Shown: positions 21,251 to 34,625 of the stretch, piece after piece
Layout: each line of letters begins with the position of its first letter
Numbering within the stretch: the first letter of the stretch is position 1
Assembly: GCF_006345805.1 (NCBI RefSeq)
Contig: NC_042998.1
Location: 108,996,001-109,060,000 of the forward strand
Source of the DNA: Octopus sinensis
Taxonomy: Eukaryota
Direction of reading: 5' to 3'
Length of the DNA: 64,000 nucleotides
The notes under the pieces: generated by a model
Database searches by the model: none
The model's input: the letters and a program-made list of their open reading frames with translations, nothing else
Told to the model about the DNA's origin: nothing
Program-made: the position numbers and the translations under genes

Positions 21251-24200
21251 CGTAGGCCTCTGGCCAGGTATCGCCAAGCTTTTAGCAACTTTTTTTTTTA
21301 TATATATTAAAAGAAACCTATCTGATGTTATGTTTTGGCGACTGAATAGTGAGATTCCCTTTTTAAACCTTAATTCTTGTTGTTTAAAATAGCGAAATGC
21401 AACTCAGTGTCATTTTAAACGATTTGAAACTTTTCAGTTTTACCCCACATTTTTCTTGCAAGAAGTTACAAATCGATAACATATTACATCCTGACAAATG
21501 TATCTGAGGCATAGCATCCACATCCAATAATAATCAATTTTAAAGAAAATGGAATGGAGACTAATAGTATATTGACTGTTATTAGGAATCACTTGGAAAA
21601 GTGTCAGAATTTGTATGGAATTTTATGACTAGGTATTTCTGGCATATCTAAAATGAGCTGCCGTTTATTTTAAATCATCTCAGAAACTTACTACTTTATT
21701 TCGAAAAGTCTAACTTCTCTAGAAAATTCTACATTTCTAACCCGTATTCACGTGTGGTGAGTAATAAAACTAAACTTTCTCACTAGCCAGTTTTATGTTT
21801 GATTTGTTTTAAGAACAATCGTCTTTTTGATTTGAAAGATTAAAAAAAAATTTTGCTTTAACAGTTTCTAATAATTTCACACCTGATGTTTCATCATTTT
21901 GAAATTGAATATAGATGAAAAAGAAGTAAAACTACCGACTTAATCATAAATGTTAGGAAGTTAGAGAAACATCTGTTTCTTTTACCAATAGTCAATATTT
22001 ATTAAAAAGATATGACACATAATTATCTTATAATAAAATTGACTGAATTCCATTTTTGCTTTGAAGGATCATCGTTGAAGTCAAGTAAGGGAGAATTATG
22101 AACCATAGAAATATTACCACTAGGAATTCACTCTACGGAGATATCGTGTTTATTTTGAAAGAAAACGCCTCACCAGTGTAATGTTTATGCGTTATTCATG
22201 AAATTATATTTGCTTTTGAAAGTGAGAAAAATATCATTTATTTGTTGGTTTTCCTATAACTCTATTTTATGTCAACCCAAGCTTTTGCTATTCTTCTGCT
22301 GCAATATTTAGAATGTAAAAATAATTTAGTCTTTGTATTATAGCAAAGAATTTTAATCATTCTATGCTTTTTATCGATGAGTCGAAATAAATTCGTGTGA
22401 GTTTCGAGCATCTCTCTAAATTTAAACAATATGAAGTCTATCAAAATTACACATGACTATTTAAGCTATTCTACTGATTGAGCTTGTTGGGATATTGCTA
22501 CAAAGTTAACGGCAGTAGAGGTGTTAGGATTTGTAGGAGCCATTTTACCGTTTGGCAAATCTCGTCTCAATGTTTACATAAGCAAAGGTGAACTTTTCTT
22601 TTATCGTTTGGGTTTGGTTGCGGTGGCGGTGAAAGAATTAAGAAATTTCTATGACCATAACAGAACGTATTGTTATTGACATTACATGGTGCATGAAGGA
22701 GCTCAAGGAGCTCTAATGCATGAAGGAGCTCGAGGGGCTCGAGTTTTTTTTTATTGCTTTCATTCTCCTATTAAACATTAATTGTTAAAGAAAACTCATC
22801 CGTTTTTCTTGTATCTGTCCTTCTGTATAACAATCCAAAAGAACTAACTAATTTTGTCGACTTCTGCCAAAAATCATGAGCAGTAAAGGAATTCATGGGA
22901 AAAACGTTCTAGAAAGGACTAAGCATAGTGGTTAATGCGAGGCCTGTGGAAGAGTTGATGAAAGGCGAATGGGACGGAAACGACTGGGTGGTGGTGGCAT
23001 AAGCCCAGCCAACTTTGACTAGCCATGCTGGGGGTAGTAGAACGCCCAATCGTTTGTTTTGATTGCTTGTGTACCACCTACTGACGATAAATTCTACGAG
23101 AAGTGGTGGCAACGAGTAGGATAAACATAAACATCCTACAACACATATTCACTAGTTTAATGAATGGCCTCCGATTTTATGTTTTATTAAGTAACCTGTT
23201 CATATGTGCAAGTCGACGAGGACTTGACAGAAACAATATTGCATTATACTAAATATATTATTTTATTTGATCTCACTTTCCCAATTGGAATCAGAAAGGA
23301 ACTGCCTTAACGTTATTATTTACGACTCCAGGGTCACATAAATGTAGCACCATTTATATACTATGTATTAGATTATGAAAACGTAATTGTGTGCGTTATA
23401 AAGTTTAAAATTGTGTTACAGAGTATGTCATTTTGACTACCACACTTTGCATTACTTATGTATTCAGTTTTAATTTAGCAATCCAGTAAATTATAGCAAT
23501 TCCGCAAGTAGCGTTAAATGATGAATATTTCTCCATTTACCCAAATTGGATGTGAGTAAATGGAGAAATACTATAAATATATTTCAAAGGTTTTACTGCA
23601 TTTCTTAATCATTCCTGACATAAAATAACATAGTTATTACTGCAAATATTTAGCCGCTTTGTTGCATATCGAGTAGCAACTGCTTATGATGTTTTTGATA
23701 AGCGCATAGCTCTTTAGATGAATACCAATGTGATTTCGTCTGACCTTTTTCGATTATTTCCAAGAGTCACCAACTTCATCGGTTAGATACAGGGAAGTTC
23801 GTTCATTTTACTAATAATTCCACCAATCCTCTGCTTTGGGGCTGGTGGCTTATCTTACCTACTCTGGGCAAAGTTTCCTTCGGCATCATTACTAATAAAA
23901 GTACTCAACCTCCCATAGAACTTACTACAGATTCTGTTATATGAAATCAATGGTAGTTTATGTAAAGATATTAATTTTATCATGGTTTCCTAGGGTCAAT
24001 TTTCTTGTATTTTCTTATGTTTTTTTTATTTGTGTTATTCAAAGTTCTATGTTTGTAAAATTTAGTTTAATATTTCTGAAACGTGTTTAAATCCCTAAAT
24101 TATGTCTGGTCATCTTCAAATATATTGACATGGGTACAATCATAACTATCTAACCCATTTTATAGTTCTCAGTTATGTATAACGGCATACCGATATCATA

Positions 24201-27200
24201 TCATTTCAGTTGTTAATAATTTATCTATAAGAAATAATGGGTTTCTCGTAAATGTCAAGCTTAATTATTACAAACGTCTTTATGCTTGTAACTGTTCAGG
24301 TGGCAGTTTCCTCTAGTCAAATGAATTCTTCTTATCACTATTTAAGAGAGAATGATTGTAAGCTGCTTGTTGACTCGACCCCAATATACAATGATTACTC
24401 TGTTAGAAAATGTGATCTACGATATTTCAGTAGCTATCATTTCTTCAGTTTAAGGATTGGACAAAGAATTAATACTATACAGAGTTTTAGAAGGACGCAG
24501 GAATACGCAGATTGATGGAATTAAAGTGTCTAGCATCAATGAGAAAGAATTTGATATATTCTCCACCGATTATTTGCGTCTCTCTTGCTTTTCATCGAGG
24601 AAAACATTTCAATATTCTGTTGATACTGAACGGATTCTTGATGAAGGCAATAATTAAATATAAATAAAGGAATACTAAAAACACCTGAATAGACGAAGTG
24701 ATATTGTCAAAACATAGAATCTATATTCATCTCCTAATAATTGAGAATATGAAAATGTTTGAACCATTAAACTTACAGTTAACAGTATCCACGAATCCTT
24801 TCACATTCTTACCGTGGTTATGTCATAGTCAACTTATAACATGAGCTCATTATAATTCTGCTGTAATTAATTACTGCCATGTATTAAGTAATCACCAGTC
24901 AGTGTGAATAATTTTACATTCAATAAAATATAAGTGCGTTGATCAATTTCTGCTTCTGATCAAGAGATTTGATTTCCTCACTATTAATAAATTTGTTCTT
25001 TATCTCAATAATGAACAATTCATCAATCTTTATAGAAGTTCAGTAGTGAGTCCAAATCCAACACACACTCAGTTCGTATATTAGAATTATGCAAGTATGT
25101 CTGTTTGTGTGCTGAAATTCAGCATCTATATCATAATAAACAAATCTCCAAGCAATATCTACACATAAACAATGAACATAAAAAATAATCCAATAGATAA
25201 ATAACAGGTAGAAGCTACAAATGACTAATGTGATTTTGAATTCGATTGCATACTTAAAACTTTTAACCTATTATAATGGTCATACGAGTATAATACTATG
25301 CACATACAACAAGTAAGGGTTTAAATGCACTAAACTACACAAAACAAAACTAGATAGGACATGTTAGTGGCAATGCTATCATATTTTATATAATCCCACA
25401 AAAAATAAGACAATATATGACGGAACCAATGCCCATAACACAAAACAATACTAAAATAAGCACAAAGATAGCACGCACTTGTCAGAAACAACCAACAAAA
25501 TCTCTGAGTGTATAATTTAAGGGTCATATTGGGCCTACAACACATATCAAAGCCATTTCATCCTGAAAATGAGATAAAAAAGATGTAACATAATTAATGG
25601 ATTTAGGAACATTAGTTCCCAACAAATTGCAAGGAATTCATACAAATATATGAAAATGTCTTCATAAAAAGATAAGATCAGAACACAGTCGCTTTTTCGT
25701 ACAAGGTGTTTGAAACATACATTCAACTCTCTCTTTGTCTCTCTCTGTCTCTGTATATATACACCTGTGTATGTGTGTGTGTGTGTGTGTGTGCGTGCGC
25801 ACACAAACATGAGAAATTAAGAGAAACACAAGTTATATATAGTTGTTCCTACGTACGTTTCACCTTTGTGCTTGTTTGGAAATCTGTGTCTCTGTATCTG
25901 CGCTTACTCGTATGTTTTTGCAGTCCCTTTTTTTCGCAGTACGCACTTGAATGTTTACGATATATAGTATTTATCTAACTAATAATAATGTGTTCACAAA
26001 AGATATATGTTTAGCTTTATTCTTATAGATATGATTCCCAGTAGATTCGTTTCAAGCCCCTTTAATCCACCTATTTTATAATTAAGTATTAGGATATCCA
26101 GGAGTATCTATTCCGAGGAGTGGTTAACAAACCATGAAACGGTCTGTCAGGGAGTCCCTCTTTCTTTTTTACTGCACATCAATCGCATAGAAAACTTGTG
26201 TTTACATTGTTATTTAGTCCATTGAGTTGTATTAATTAAATTCATTTATTTTTTAAGGAAAAATTGTACAGTTTTTAAATATATATATATTTTTTTTTTG
26301 GCCTGAATTTCATTTACCAGAAGATACAGAAATAGAACGCTGACACTTCAGCTTCAATTTATTATCATTTGGCATATTGTTTACGATATATATAAATATA
26401 TCGTAGTTCAATCGCCCCCAATTTTAGCACTTTATAATGCAGTGCCTCTTCCTTCTTTTATCTGCCTGGTTGATATATCTTGCTAAACAAACTGTACTCT
26501 AACTAACGTATATGTTTATTTTATTTCCTTCTATCTTGTTCCCACTAGTTAATTTTCTTTCTACTTGAGTAAGTCTTTATTTATGAGCCAGATACATCAG
26601 GGAAATTTGGTAATTTATATCAGATGCTTGTTTCTCTTTTAAGTGTTTTATTATGCTGTGTGCATATTAATCATTCTTAATCTTTTCCTCCACTTAATTT
26701 TGTTGTATCCTATCGGTTGAAATAATTTATGAATAGTTGTGTGTCTGCATTTCATCTAATACTACTTATCACTATTTCTATCTGACTATCATTTGTTTTA
26801 AATATTCCACTATAAAATATTTTTTGCACAATTCGGTTAATCCATTTCATGTAAAAGCAACACCTTCATCCGCCAAAATATTTCGTTCATTCATTCTGGC
26901 AGCAAGAATCGAACTTGAATATACGTAATGACTGAATTGTTGAAGGAGAAATAATTTTTTTAAAAAATAGAAAGCTCATGAAACGACTCTGTATTTCTAA
27001 ATAGAATGTATCTAAAACTAGCCACGGCTTAAATGCCTTCGATCATGCATGATCGAAGTTGAAACAATGCTCAAAGTTAATCTATGGTTAAACAAGTGAT
27101 TCTGCCGCTCATTAAAACCTTATCAGATACATAATTATATGACTTTTGTCTTTCATGAGCCTTACGACTTGTAAGACCGGAATTTAACTCGGTTTCCATG

Positions 27201-28349
27201 GTGTGTAAGTAACTGTATTTACAAAACTTTCCTTGAACGAATAACCGGTTTGTTGCAGGCATAATTTCCCAGGTATTACTGGAACTCACTTACAGCCAGA
27301 TATAATGGCATTAGTTTTTCTTCTCTAACTCTGTATACTCTTTACTTAACATGCTCTTCTTTTAGTGGATACTCAGGGGATGGCTTTGAACCTCCACCGC
27401 AATAAAGAGCCACCCTCCCAACCTTGGCTTGAATCCAGCGCTCCTCAGCCTCCTTTAGGATACTTGGATAGCTGACTTTGACACCCTTTTCAATCTGATC
27501 AGATATAACCCGAAAACCAAATTTGACACGAAATGACACTAGTTGTTTTCAGATTAGACAATTAGTACATGATTGGTATTACTACATCAGATTTTCAATC
27601 AAGTCTGTGATTACATTCTATATTTACGATGTTTGTGCAATTAGAAGTAACATAGAGGGTTGTATATTTATGTTTATTTGTTTGTAGTTGACATTTCTTG
27701 TTTTGACATTTCATTATATGGCTAGACATAGATGTTTTGTAGTTGCAATCAGCTGTTCAGTTTACAGCTTTATTCCGATAATTTTGAATCATTGTTGACT
27801 CTCCTGTTAGTTCACACCGACTATCTCAAGTATTGCAGAATAATCATTATGTTTTCCTTTTTTATACAATCTGCCATTTCTCCACTTGTCTTGATGTAGG
27901 GGTTCTGTATTTCATGTATTTTGCCTTGCTTCGGCCTCTTAACAAATTTTAATCTAATTTAATATCATAAAATGCTTCACACAAACTACTCTCTACCTTT
28001 CATTTCTTTTTTGAAATTCAGCTTTGAGCTATCTTTTGCCTTTTGCCGTTATCTAATCATTTTCCTTCGGTATAATTAACTTCGTGTATATCGGTTACTT
28101 TTCATTATATACCTGGATTTAAATTTATTTTTTATCTTCTCTTATCAGTTTTACCTGCCTCTAATATCTTTCAGAATTTTATAGTAGCTTTATGTATGCA
28201 TGTTATCGTCCCTTCATTGGGAGCGTGCAAAGTGTATCCTTTCTTTCAGGATGGCGGGTTTTAAATGCAGCGTATAGTTATACATATACGTAGTTATACA
28301 TATATTCTCATCTCGGCTTTTCAATTCACTTAAATTAGAATGTGTTAAT

Positions 28350-29056
28350 AAAGTTTATATGCCAACAGAATGTGGCAGTCCTATAAAGGACGATGTTTTG
28401 TTGTTTTAGCTCCAGGAAAACATATTTTCCCGCTGGCTATCGACACAGAGTTTGTGTCCGAATAACATTGGAAAGGGTGGTCATCGGTCCCATCTCTAGC
28501 CTTACGTGATACTCACACACCTAGGTTTTTGGGTGGTTACCTATACACCGTGTGAGACAACCACAGGCTAGTGAAGAAAGTTCCTGGGGCTAAAACAAGA
28601 ATGACAGCAACTTTTACAGAACTGTCACATTCTGTTGGCATATAAACTTTACTATTCAGTACTGTTACTGTATATCTCTCGCCCAGAGATTGAAAACAAG
28701 TTGTTTTTCTCTATACGAGATCAGCAATTGTGTCGCTTAAAGAAAATATAGTATTTGTGAGTGAAGAGAGTTTTCGTCAGTAGCCTGTAGTTGTCTCACA
28801 CTGAGGACGGGTAACCACTCAGAAACCTAGGTCTGTAAGTATCCCGTAAGGCTAGAGATGGGAGTAATGATCTCCCTTGCAAATGCTTATACGGAACTGT
28901 GTGTCGCGTGCCACATCTTTTCCTGGGGCTAAAACAACAGTAACATCGTTCTTTATAGGACTTTCACATTATGTTGCCATATAAACTTTACTGTTCGGTA
29001 CTGTTACTGTATATCTCTCACTCAGAGATTTAAGACAAGCTGTTTTTCTCTATACA
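28350..29056. mobile_element. PLE-type pLTR pair: inverted core copies with hammerheads, shared IR and tail
   Basis: IR 28350-28420 / 28581-28650 flanks a core. The core is repeated in reverse orientation at about 28770-28875. The IR plus tail (about 28581-28717) is repeated directly at about 28918-29056. Hammerhead at 28795-28839 (+) and a decayed copy at 28512-28556 (-). Confidence 0.7.
28795..28839 (+). ncRNA. Type I minimal hammerhead ribozyme (intact core)
   Basis: CTCACA-CTGAGGA-C-GGGT-AACC-ACTC-A-GAAAC-CTAG-GTC-TGTAAG: stem I 5/6 pairs, stem II 4 bp, palindromic stem III ACCTAGGT, GUC cleavage triplet. Confidence 0.7.
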
Positions 29057-30900
29057 ATATGTTATTTAAATTTAATTTTAATGATTGAGATGGTTAATGT
29101 ATAATCGTATTGGGTGCCATTGTTAATACTAGCCTGAGTCTTCTGTGCTAGTCTTATCCAATTTCCTCTTTCTACATTGTTGAATCTCAGCTTCATCTAC
29201 TCCTTAGGTACATGTATGGCTGCTTCTGTTAGAAACGTGTGATTCAATATTTTAATCTAATTTGTATAATTACATATACATTTTAACATCTCTATCCATG
29301 AGTATCATTTCATGTAGATTTAGAATGATGTTTAATGTTTAATCATAATATTTGTAATTGATTGCTTAATTTCATAGATTTATTTGTGGACTTAGAGTGA
29401 CATAAACAGAGAAATGAGATTAAACAGTCTCCACAGCAACTTATTATTTTCTTATAATCTCTTTAGTCTGACGTGTCGTTGAAGTACTCTTTTAACATGG
29501 TGTAGTTATTACATAGTGCCTTAGTACCGGGGCGTGACGAGTGGTTCATTATTCATAGGTTTTGATTGTGATGTTGTATAATGTTTTTCGGTAATCAATC
29601 TATTCTAAGCTTAAATTCGATGCTTATATTCTGACTGATGTCCTTTCCGCCTTAATTTTTCCTGGAATCAATACGTAACTGTTAAAGAGAATCATTAACT
29701 GAGGCAGTATCATTAATACTGGAGAGCTTGTGTAGGTGATAAAAAACAGCCCATTCCTTCCGACTAAACAATTAAAAGTTTGTTAGTTTACAAACTGCTG
29801 GTTGGTCTGCTGTTTGCAAATAATAGTACTCTTTTTTTACAGCACCTCCCGAGAGTTGATTCTGGTCTCTATTAATTCATTGAATGCATTTCATATTCTC
29901 GGGATTCATATTCCGAGATCCTTCCATTTTCTTGCGGTCCTGAGTCTGTTGTACTTTTCCCGATAGTGATGTCGATTCATACTTGTGGTGTTGTTTTGCA
30001 TAATAATGTGCAATTTTTATCCAGATATATATTTTGATATATATGAAGTTTGACTGGATATCTCTTGTTTGTGACGTAACTACCGCTGTGATATGTCTAA
30101 GAAGAATATTTTCGTATTTGTTTCATATATACAATCCCGGTGGAAAGATGCTCTCTCATATTTAAAAGTCTTGTCAGGCATGTCTTTGCCAGGATCAATC
30201 GTTTTAATTTTTTTCCACTTCCATGAATTATTCCTTCTTAATATATATTTTCCATATTCAGTTATGTTTTTTTTCTTATAACCCTTGCTCCGCTTTTTAT
30301 TTTGTTAGACTTGAGTGAGGAAAGATTTTCTTATTTGTAAAGCAATTCAGTTTTCCTCGAAAATTCAAATGCTACGAATGTGAAACTTCTATACTTTACC
30401 CTATTACCATTAAATGAAAATACGTTGCAGGGCTTGGCTGTTCTTTTAATAGCATTTTCAGAAGCATTTCTTTATCTGTAGCTTGCGGGTATGTTTCCAT
30501 TGATCGAGTTCTATTGATTTTGTTATGGTCATTTTTATGTTCTATAGTTCTCTGATAGATTTCCACAGTGTAAATTCATTCTGTTTTGATGTTCGTTATA
30601 ATTCTTTTCGTTCTTATATGTGGTGCCAAAGTATATTTTTGCTGTAACTAGGTAATTGAAATCGCCCTTTTCTGTGATGTCATGTTTGGTAAAGTTCCAT
30701 GTTCCATTTTCTTTATTTTCCTCTCGTGTTTACTTCTATTTGCGAACACTTGTCTTTTTTGTGTTTTAAGTGACCAGTTCATGTTGCCATTTATGTTGAA
30801 TAATTTTCTTTGAATTTTGCGGTCTCATCTCTTTGTGTGTCGAACGTTGTTATCGTGCTTTCAATATATTGTGATAGTTTTTATTTCGGTTCGCAAGTGT

Positions 30901-31456
30901 ACTCTTTACTCTTTTTACTCTTTTATTTGTTCCAGTCATTTGACTGCAGCTAAGCTGGAGCACCGCCTTTAGTCGAAGAAATCGACCCCAGGACTTATTC
31001 TTTGTAAGCCTAGTACTTATTCTATCGGTCTCTTTTGCCGTACCGCAAAGTTACAGGGACGTAAACACACCAGCATCGGTTGTCAAACGATGGTGGGGAC
31101 AAATACAGACACACAGACACATACACACACACACGCGCGCGCGCATACATATATATATATGTATAAAATAGTGTACAAATAATTTACGTATTTATACACA
31201 AAAGAGGTGACCTTTAACAGGACATCTTACATGCTAGAAAGGGCAAGTTAAAGCCCAAACCGCGAATAAAAGTAATTTCATAGAGAATGAAATTAAAAGG
31301 CAGCCTCTTTTGTGTATAAATACGTAAATTATTTGTACACTATTTTGTTTGAAAAATATGTTGTCCATTGACTTTATTAAACATAGTGGCCATTAGTAAA
31401 AAAATTTCTCTAAATTTTCTACCCTTATGTATATATATATATATATATATATAAAG

Positions 31457-31490
<34 letters not shown>

Positions 31491-31640
31491 GACGGTCTTC
31501 TTTCAGTTTCCATCTACCAAATCCACTCACAAGGTTTGGTAGGCCCGAGGTTATAGTAGAAGTGCCACGCAGTGGGACTGAACCCCGAAGCATGTTGGTT
31601 GTTAAGCAAGCTACTTACCACACTGCCACTCCTGCGCCTG
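30901..31640 (-). mobile_element. tRNA-derived SINE, family A, with an insertion in its central microsatellite
   Basis: 3' half at 30901-31120 (actcttttatttgttccagtcatttgactgc...) and 5' half at 31489-31640 (...accacactgccactcctgcgcct), separated by the 31165-31430 insert and (TA)n. Confidence 0.85.
31165..31346. repeat. Fold-back element with perfect 43-bp inverted repeats
   Basis: aaaatagtgtacaaataatttacgtatttatacacaaaagagg (31165-31207) is the exact reverse complement of 31304-31346. Confidence 0.9.
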
Positions 31641-32263
31641 TATGTTTAGTTTTATGAGTGTTTTGTGTATGATTGTTCTATTTCTATTGAGATCTTGTTT
31701 ATTATAAACCTGCATACATTGGCATCAAACACTACTTTTCGTTTTCTCCTATGTCGTGCTTCCTTTTTATGATCCTACAGTGTGTTTGGTGCACTATGGT
31801 TCAGTAGTATGTGTATAATTTAGGTGTTGTTGTTTGATTCATCGACTCAATATAGTTCCCGGTTGATTATGACATCTGTATTTTTTTTAGTATGGATCCT
31901 CACCTCTAATGTTCGTGTTTCATATCTTCGTTATGCAGAGTTTGGTAGATAGACAGCAGTTTTATGAAGTACATCTTTCCCTTCCCGAGCTCGAATTCTT
32001 GATGGAATTGCAATCTTAGGTGAAACCTTGAATACAACTGAGTATACGGAATTTGAATTGTTATATGGAATTGTTGTCAGGTATTCTTAGGTGTATTGTA
32101 TAGACTGTTAATGAGAGGCATGAATGACGACATACTCTGCAATAATTTAGGCGTTGATGTAATTCAAGTGAGAAATATCACAAAACTTTCAGCTTCGAAG
32201 TTTCGATTTATGGTCAGCTTCCAACATTGCCTGATTTGGCTGAATTGTTTCTGCCTAGAATCA

Positions 32264-32271
32264 TCTATCTC

Positions 32272-32354
<83 letters not shown>

Positions 32355-32360
32355 GTCTGC

Positions 32361-32392
<32 letters not shown>

Positions 32393-32415
32393 TTGTCCGT
32401 ATGTCTGTCTATCTG

Positions 32416-32470
<55 letters not shown>

Positions 32471-32496
32471 CTTGCTCTCTCTCTCTCTCTCTGTCC

Positions 32497-32545
<49 letters not shown>
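32264..32545. repeat. Compound microsatellite (ATCT)n(GTCT)n(CT)n(TA)n
   Basis: Direct reading. Confidence 0.95.
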
Positions 32546-32551
<6 letters not shown>

Positions 32552-32609
32552 GACGAGCTTCCTTCAGTTTCCATCTACCAAATCCACTCACAAGATTTGG
32601 GCAATTATA

Positions 32610-32856
32610 TAATACACATGGTCGTCGTGGCTGAAAGGTATGGAATAATATGGCTACTGCCATAATAATATGGCATTTTCCCGATGGCCGGATAACTGAA
32701 GTGATGGCGGCGTGGATTTCCACCCCGACATCCGAAACTCTGAGTTTTATCATGGCTACAAAATAATTGCCGCGTATTACATTTACAGATAAGTTCTTCT
32801 TTTTACATAATATCGAGGTCTCTTTCATTCTTTTGTTATCTTACCATTTCTATCAA
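32610..32856 (+). mobile_element. PLE-type short repeat with hammerhead motif, ending at (TA)n
   Basis: 32691-32751: GATAA-CTGAAGt-[13-bp stem II with 2 mismatches]-c-GAAAC-TCTGA-GTT-TTATC; stem I GATAA/TTATC is perfect. Confidence 0.6.
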
Positions 32857-33126
32857 TATATATATATATATATATACAAAGTAGTAAATATATGGCACAA
32901 CTAAGTACCGATATTTACTGGAAATAGCGAACGTAATAATACGACGCTAATGTATAGCTTCACCGCGTATGTATTAGCAAAAATGCGTGTGTGCAACAAA
33001 CTAGAAAAATTGTTTACCTCCAGGGAGAACATCTTTACTGGAAGGCGATAATCTAGTATTGCATTACTAATTTATATATATTATATATATATATAATATA
33101 TATATATATATTATATATATATATAT

Positions 33127-33157
<31 letters not shown>

Positions 33158-33828
33158 ATAATAATATAAATAATAAATAAATATATGCATATATACATAC
33201 ATATATGTACATACCTACATCTATATGTATATATATATGCATATATGGGTACAGGACATCAAAAAACGTTGAACACAATGAGAAACGAAAACATAAAAAC
33301 AAAAACATGGAAACGAACTTTTTTCAAACAACGAAAAAAAACAGAGTACAAGACATACAACACAAGGAATATTCCCCTTCTTCAGTTGACCCTGTTTCGT
33401 CTACTCCGCGTTCGAAGGTAAGGAGAAGACGCGACTTCGTTGAAACAGTCTTTCCCGCAAAGCAAATTTGGGATTTTTTGCGGAGGGGTAAAAGTGGTAA
33501 CAAGAACAGGACAGTAAGAACAAAACAAGACAGTAAAACAATAAAAGTAAAAACAGTAAAAGACAGAACAAAGAGAATAAAACAGTAAAAACAAACGATG
33601 AGGGCTGTTAAGCCAAGAGTATGGAAACATTATTCTGATCGCTTGAGGGGACAGCTTAAAGAGACAGGATAAGCGGTATTGTCATGGTGAAGACAGCATT
33701 AGAAAGATGGCTTCCCTCTGATCACATGTCAGTAACGAGAGAGGAAACGGTAAAGGGGATATATATATATATATATATATAGAATATATATATATATATA
33801 TATATAATATATAATATATATATTATAT

Positions 33829-34040
33829 ATAGTTTATTGCCATACTAATATGGCATTCTTATAAAAATAAGAATAAAGCTGTCCGCTTATTAGCTCCATG
33901 AGGCCATCGCCTTAAGTTAGCTATTTGATACACAAACTGTATCCATATAACCTTCGAACAAGGGAGGTCAGTCACTCCACACTACTTGACAGCTTTATTC
34001 TTATTTTATAAGAATGCCATATTAGTATGGCGATAACTAT
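33829..34040. repeat. Fold-back/MITE-like element with about 54-bp inverted repeats
   Basis: 33829-33883 versus the reverse complement of 33988-34040 (gccatactaatatggcattcttataaaa(a)taagaataaagctgtc), nearly identical; 104-bp spacer. Confidence 0.85.
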
Positions 34041-34100
34041 TATTTTCCGGGAACGCTGCCGTTGTTCTCTTTTAGAGAGACTTAGTAATTTTAATATTTC

Positions 34101-34168
<68 letters not shown>

Positions 34169-34212
34169 TTTGTGGTGTGTGTGTGTATATGTACATGTTA
34201 TATATATATGTA

Positions 34213-34256
<44 letters not shown>

Positions 34257-34313
34257 CATAATATATGTACATACATACATACATACATACATATACATAT
34301 ATATATACATATA

Positions 34314-34447
34314 TGGCCTGCTCGCTTAGCCAGCGGGGTGGCGTCATTTGAAGGCTAAAACAATGCGGACGCATTGTGACCAGCGATGTGTAACTACATC
34401 TGATGGACTGGTCGGTCACGTGATCACGTGATTTAAGATGTCACGTG

Positions 34448-34508
<61 letters not shown>

Positions 34509-34625
34509 CTGCTCGCTTAGCCAGCGGGGTGGCGTCATTCAAAGGCTAAAACATGCGAACGCATTGTGACCAGCGATGTGGTAACAACATCTGATGGTCT
34601 GGTCGGTCATGTGATCATGTGTGAT
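34314..34625. repeat. Tandem pair of about 125-bp elements separated by (TA)n
   Basis: gctcgcttagccagcggggtggcgtcatt...gaccagcgatgtg...acatctgatgg...ctggtcggtcacgtgatcacgtg occurs at about 34314-34450 and 34505-34625. Confidence 0.85.

Larger units (their letters stand above)
27300..30870 (-). mobile_element. Highly degraded non-LTR retrotransposon (possibly R4/Dong type), interrupted at 28350-29056
   Basis: Weak peptide resemblances only: DSRCELTGESTMIQ (about 27790-27830, cf. DxKCRLCGE-ETI-H) and SPVLMILPQLMIL (about 29690-29725, cf. SPLLFVIAL). No intact motif. Confidence 0.3.

Noticed and set aside
24252-24657. Two overlapping non-repetitive ORFs (87 and 66 aa)
   Set aside because: No recognisable domain or convincing splice signals; the length is within chance expectation.
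27037-27058. Perfect 22-bp palindrome CTTCGATCATGCATGATCGAAG followed by TTGAAAC
   Set aside because: It could be a hammerhead stem II relic, but no CUGANGA or stem I is present; too little to call.
30655-30680. GDFN peptide (minus strand) as an APE endonuclease motif
   Set aside because: It is an isolated four-residue match with no other APE motifs in register.
33375-33460. GAAAC...GTC-AA-CTGAAGA on the minus strand as a hammerhead
   Set aside because: The core elements are in permuted order with only 2 nt where stem I must be, and there is no GAAA after the putative stem II.
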